A stretch of 63,764 nucleotides of DNA, the filler included, from Hyphochytrium catenoides (Eukaryota > Protista > Hyphochytriomycota), in NCBI GenBank assembly GCA_900088475.1. It is 6 parts of 6 records of this genome, joined end to end, with 100 filler letters (N's around TTAATTAATTAA, not from the genome) between each part and the next. Parts side by side here need not be neighbours in the genome. Positions count along the whole stretch, not along the records: positions 59,710 to 63,764 come from FLMG01001851.1; 5 more parts are not named here. The stretch is one strand, 5' to 3'. The notes beneath the pieces are model-generated. The model was not told the origin of the DNA, did not search any database, and was given only the letters and a program-made list of their open reading frames with translations. Positions 61,803-63,764 of the stretch are shown here, in pieces. Numbering within the stretch: position 1 is the first letter of the stretch; each line of letters begins with the position of its first letter. The translations under genes were made by a program, and so were the position numbers.

Positions 61803-62967
61803 TTAATTGAAGCTCCTCCCTTCACGTAATGGTGCAAGTGGCGCTGGCGTAGGAGTTTTATGCTGGAGTTGGCTGAGGGGGGATTGAAGGGCTGCATTCG
61901 CCGCTGGTGGAATGTGCTCGGGAGACCGCAATGTAGCTATTCCAGCCTCATGGGAAAGGGCTTCCCTCCCTCTATCATTATTGTTGAAAACCACCGGCGA
62001 AGGAGGCCAAGACTGGGTAAACTGTTGTGGGCGGAACGCGTGCTGTTGCAGTAACAGCATTTTGATGTCATCAATGCCTTTCCTCATATCACGGACGTCA
62101 TCTTCAACTCTACTTATGCGATCATCATCCAGGACATGAGTACCGGCGTTGGATGCTAGGGCTTGACCTCATATATCGCTAGTGCCTGAGCCACGACCAG
62201 TTACAGGTTTCCTCTTGACAGGGTCGCCGGCTCCGGGCAATCCCGCTGTAAGACAAGGTTTCCGCGCCCTTTTATGTCTGCCCTTATCCTCTGATGGGTT
62301 GGGTCTGTTACTAGAGGGTGGCAGATTTTCGTCATTCAGATGATGTCCCAACATCTCCCGTTCACCATTTGGTCCCTGCGGAGCGTCAGGCGGCTCCGCT
62401 TCATCAAAGCTCTCGTCATCGTTTCTGTCCTCTTCGCTATGGGACAAACCATGGCCACCGGCGTAAATTACCTCTTTTATTGCGTTGTTGATCCTCTTGG
62501 CACGGCGGACATCCTCAGGTATGGTGCTGTCTCCTGTCGGCTTCCTTGTAGATACCATCTGCTCAAACTTTCGTTTCAAAGCGTCCCAGTCTCTCGAAGG
62601 CCTTCCATTCTGTTCAGCCCATTCGGTAAAGTCGTCTGCCACCCGACCCCAATGGTTAGCTCCGTAAGGGAGATAGCTCTCCACAAGATCAGGAAGAAGC
62701 TTTTTGTCCTCGCGCTATAGTTGTTGCTGCTGCCCTTAGGTCCTCCTCTGCCTTTCCTCAGGTCCCTTTCGCTAGATTGATTACCTTTCTTGTTGAGTTT
62801 CTTGCTCGCTGCCGCCAGAGCCCGCCTAGATCTTCCGTCACTTGCCGAAGTCAAAGAATCCTTAGTGGCAGCTGCCGCGGGACCATCGGCTGCTGTCGAC
62901 CAAAAGCTTCCTGCTGCTGCTCCTCGTCGCTCTCCTCGGCCCTCTTAGCATCCATATCTGAAGACAT
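61803..62967 (-). pseudogene. Harbinger partner ORF, Myb/SANT-like (DUF6818-like), frameshifted
   Basis: GRGGPKGSSNNYS(fs)EDKKLLPDLVESYLPYGANHWGRVADDFTEWAEQNGRPSRDWDALKRKFEQMVSTRKPTGDSTIPEDVRRAKRI. Confidence 0.75.
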
Positions 62968-63764
62968 TTTGTAGACCTAGGTGGTTCTTGGATAGTAGTG
63001 TAATCAGTAGCTAGTGCTCAGGTGGTGTAACTTGACGTCGGATGAAAACCTAGAGGTTGCCGCGAAAGCGTAAGGTGCTGCTGCGTAGAGCCACTAATAC
63101 AGTGTCATTCCTCATTCACGAGACATGAAAGACAAGAAGTGGGCAGCAGCGGCCGCCGGCGGGCGGCGCTGCTATCTCAATCATCCTCAATTCCCTATAG
63201 CTACAGCCAGGGCCTATCTTCTGACCGTGCTCGACAAAGATTCATCATTCTCACAGTAGGCGAGAGAGGCAATAGGTCATGCATCATCATCTGGAGATCG
63301 GAAAAATCCTCTTGCGCTTCTGCACGAAGAACATCATGCACAAAGTGTAACCAATCAGCAACTTCATTCACCGCAAGGCCTCCCCCAGGAAATCCAGGAG
63401 GTGGACTGATGTATTCCTGGGGAGCTCCTGGCGCAGTCCAGGAGAAGGTCTGCACAGTCCTGGGGTTCTTCTCCAGCATATTTATATGCAAAAATAAAGT
63501 TTGGCGACCCCCCCTTGGGGGCCTTACCAAACCTATTTTCTCTCGACTTTTTCGATTATTTTGCACAATCGCACACAATGCCTCTGGCCAATCAGTGCCC
63601 AGAATTCAGAGCACCCCTGGTAGGAGCCAATATGCAGAAAATGCAAATATGCAAATATGTCTATTTAACACCACCCATTAGGCAAGGCAAAAACGGAGAT
63701 CAGTCATTATGATATTGTTATAATGTATGGGATTTGAAGACACTCTTATTTAGGTTATGTGTTC

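Larger units (their letters stand above)
59817..63676 (+). mobile_element. Complete PIF/Harbinger-superfamily DNA transposon (3860 bp), degenerate
   Basis: Left TIR GGGCGGTATTAAATAG..TATTTGCATA; right end (revcomp) GGGTGGTGTTAAATAG..TATTTGCATA. 3-bp TSD ATT at 59814-59816 and 63677-63679. Convergent transposase and Myb/SANT-like ORFs lie inside. Confidence 0.88.

Overview
Eukaryotic, intron-rich draft scaffold with GA/CT microsatellite-filled introns and nine N-gaps. Five gaps are 100-nt joins carrying a TTAATTAATTAA linker, so adjacency across them is unverified. Manual splicing gives, in order: a C12orf56/DUF4551-like gene, ZMAT5 (U11/U12-20K), intronless calreticulin, CCDC40, TMEM42-like, SHPRH (3' end lost in a gap), a JmjC gene with an apparent PAH-like N-terminus and two Tudor/chromo-barrel modules, STT3 with a WSC-like C-terminal extension, an intronless secreted Cys-rich PLA2-like gene between ~230-bp inverted repeats, an F-box-like relic, a partial oomycete-type chitin synthase, a partial annexin, an intronless secreted PhoX phosphatase, and a complete but frameshifted 3.86-kb PIF/Harbinger transposon with TIRs and an ATT target-site duplication. 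Gene content suggests a flagellated, chitin-capable stramenopile-like protist with a minor spliceosome (inference). The best novelty candidates are the PAH-JmjC-Tudor protein, the inverted-repeat cassette with a telomeric scar, introns with 5'-GA/3'-CT complementary polarity, the STT3 extension and the annexin/chitin synthase neighbourhood. All family assignments are from motif recognition; no database search was run.
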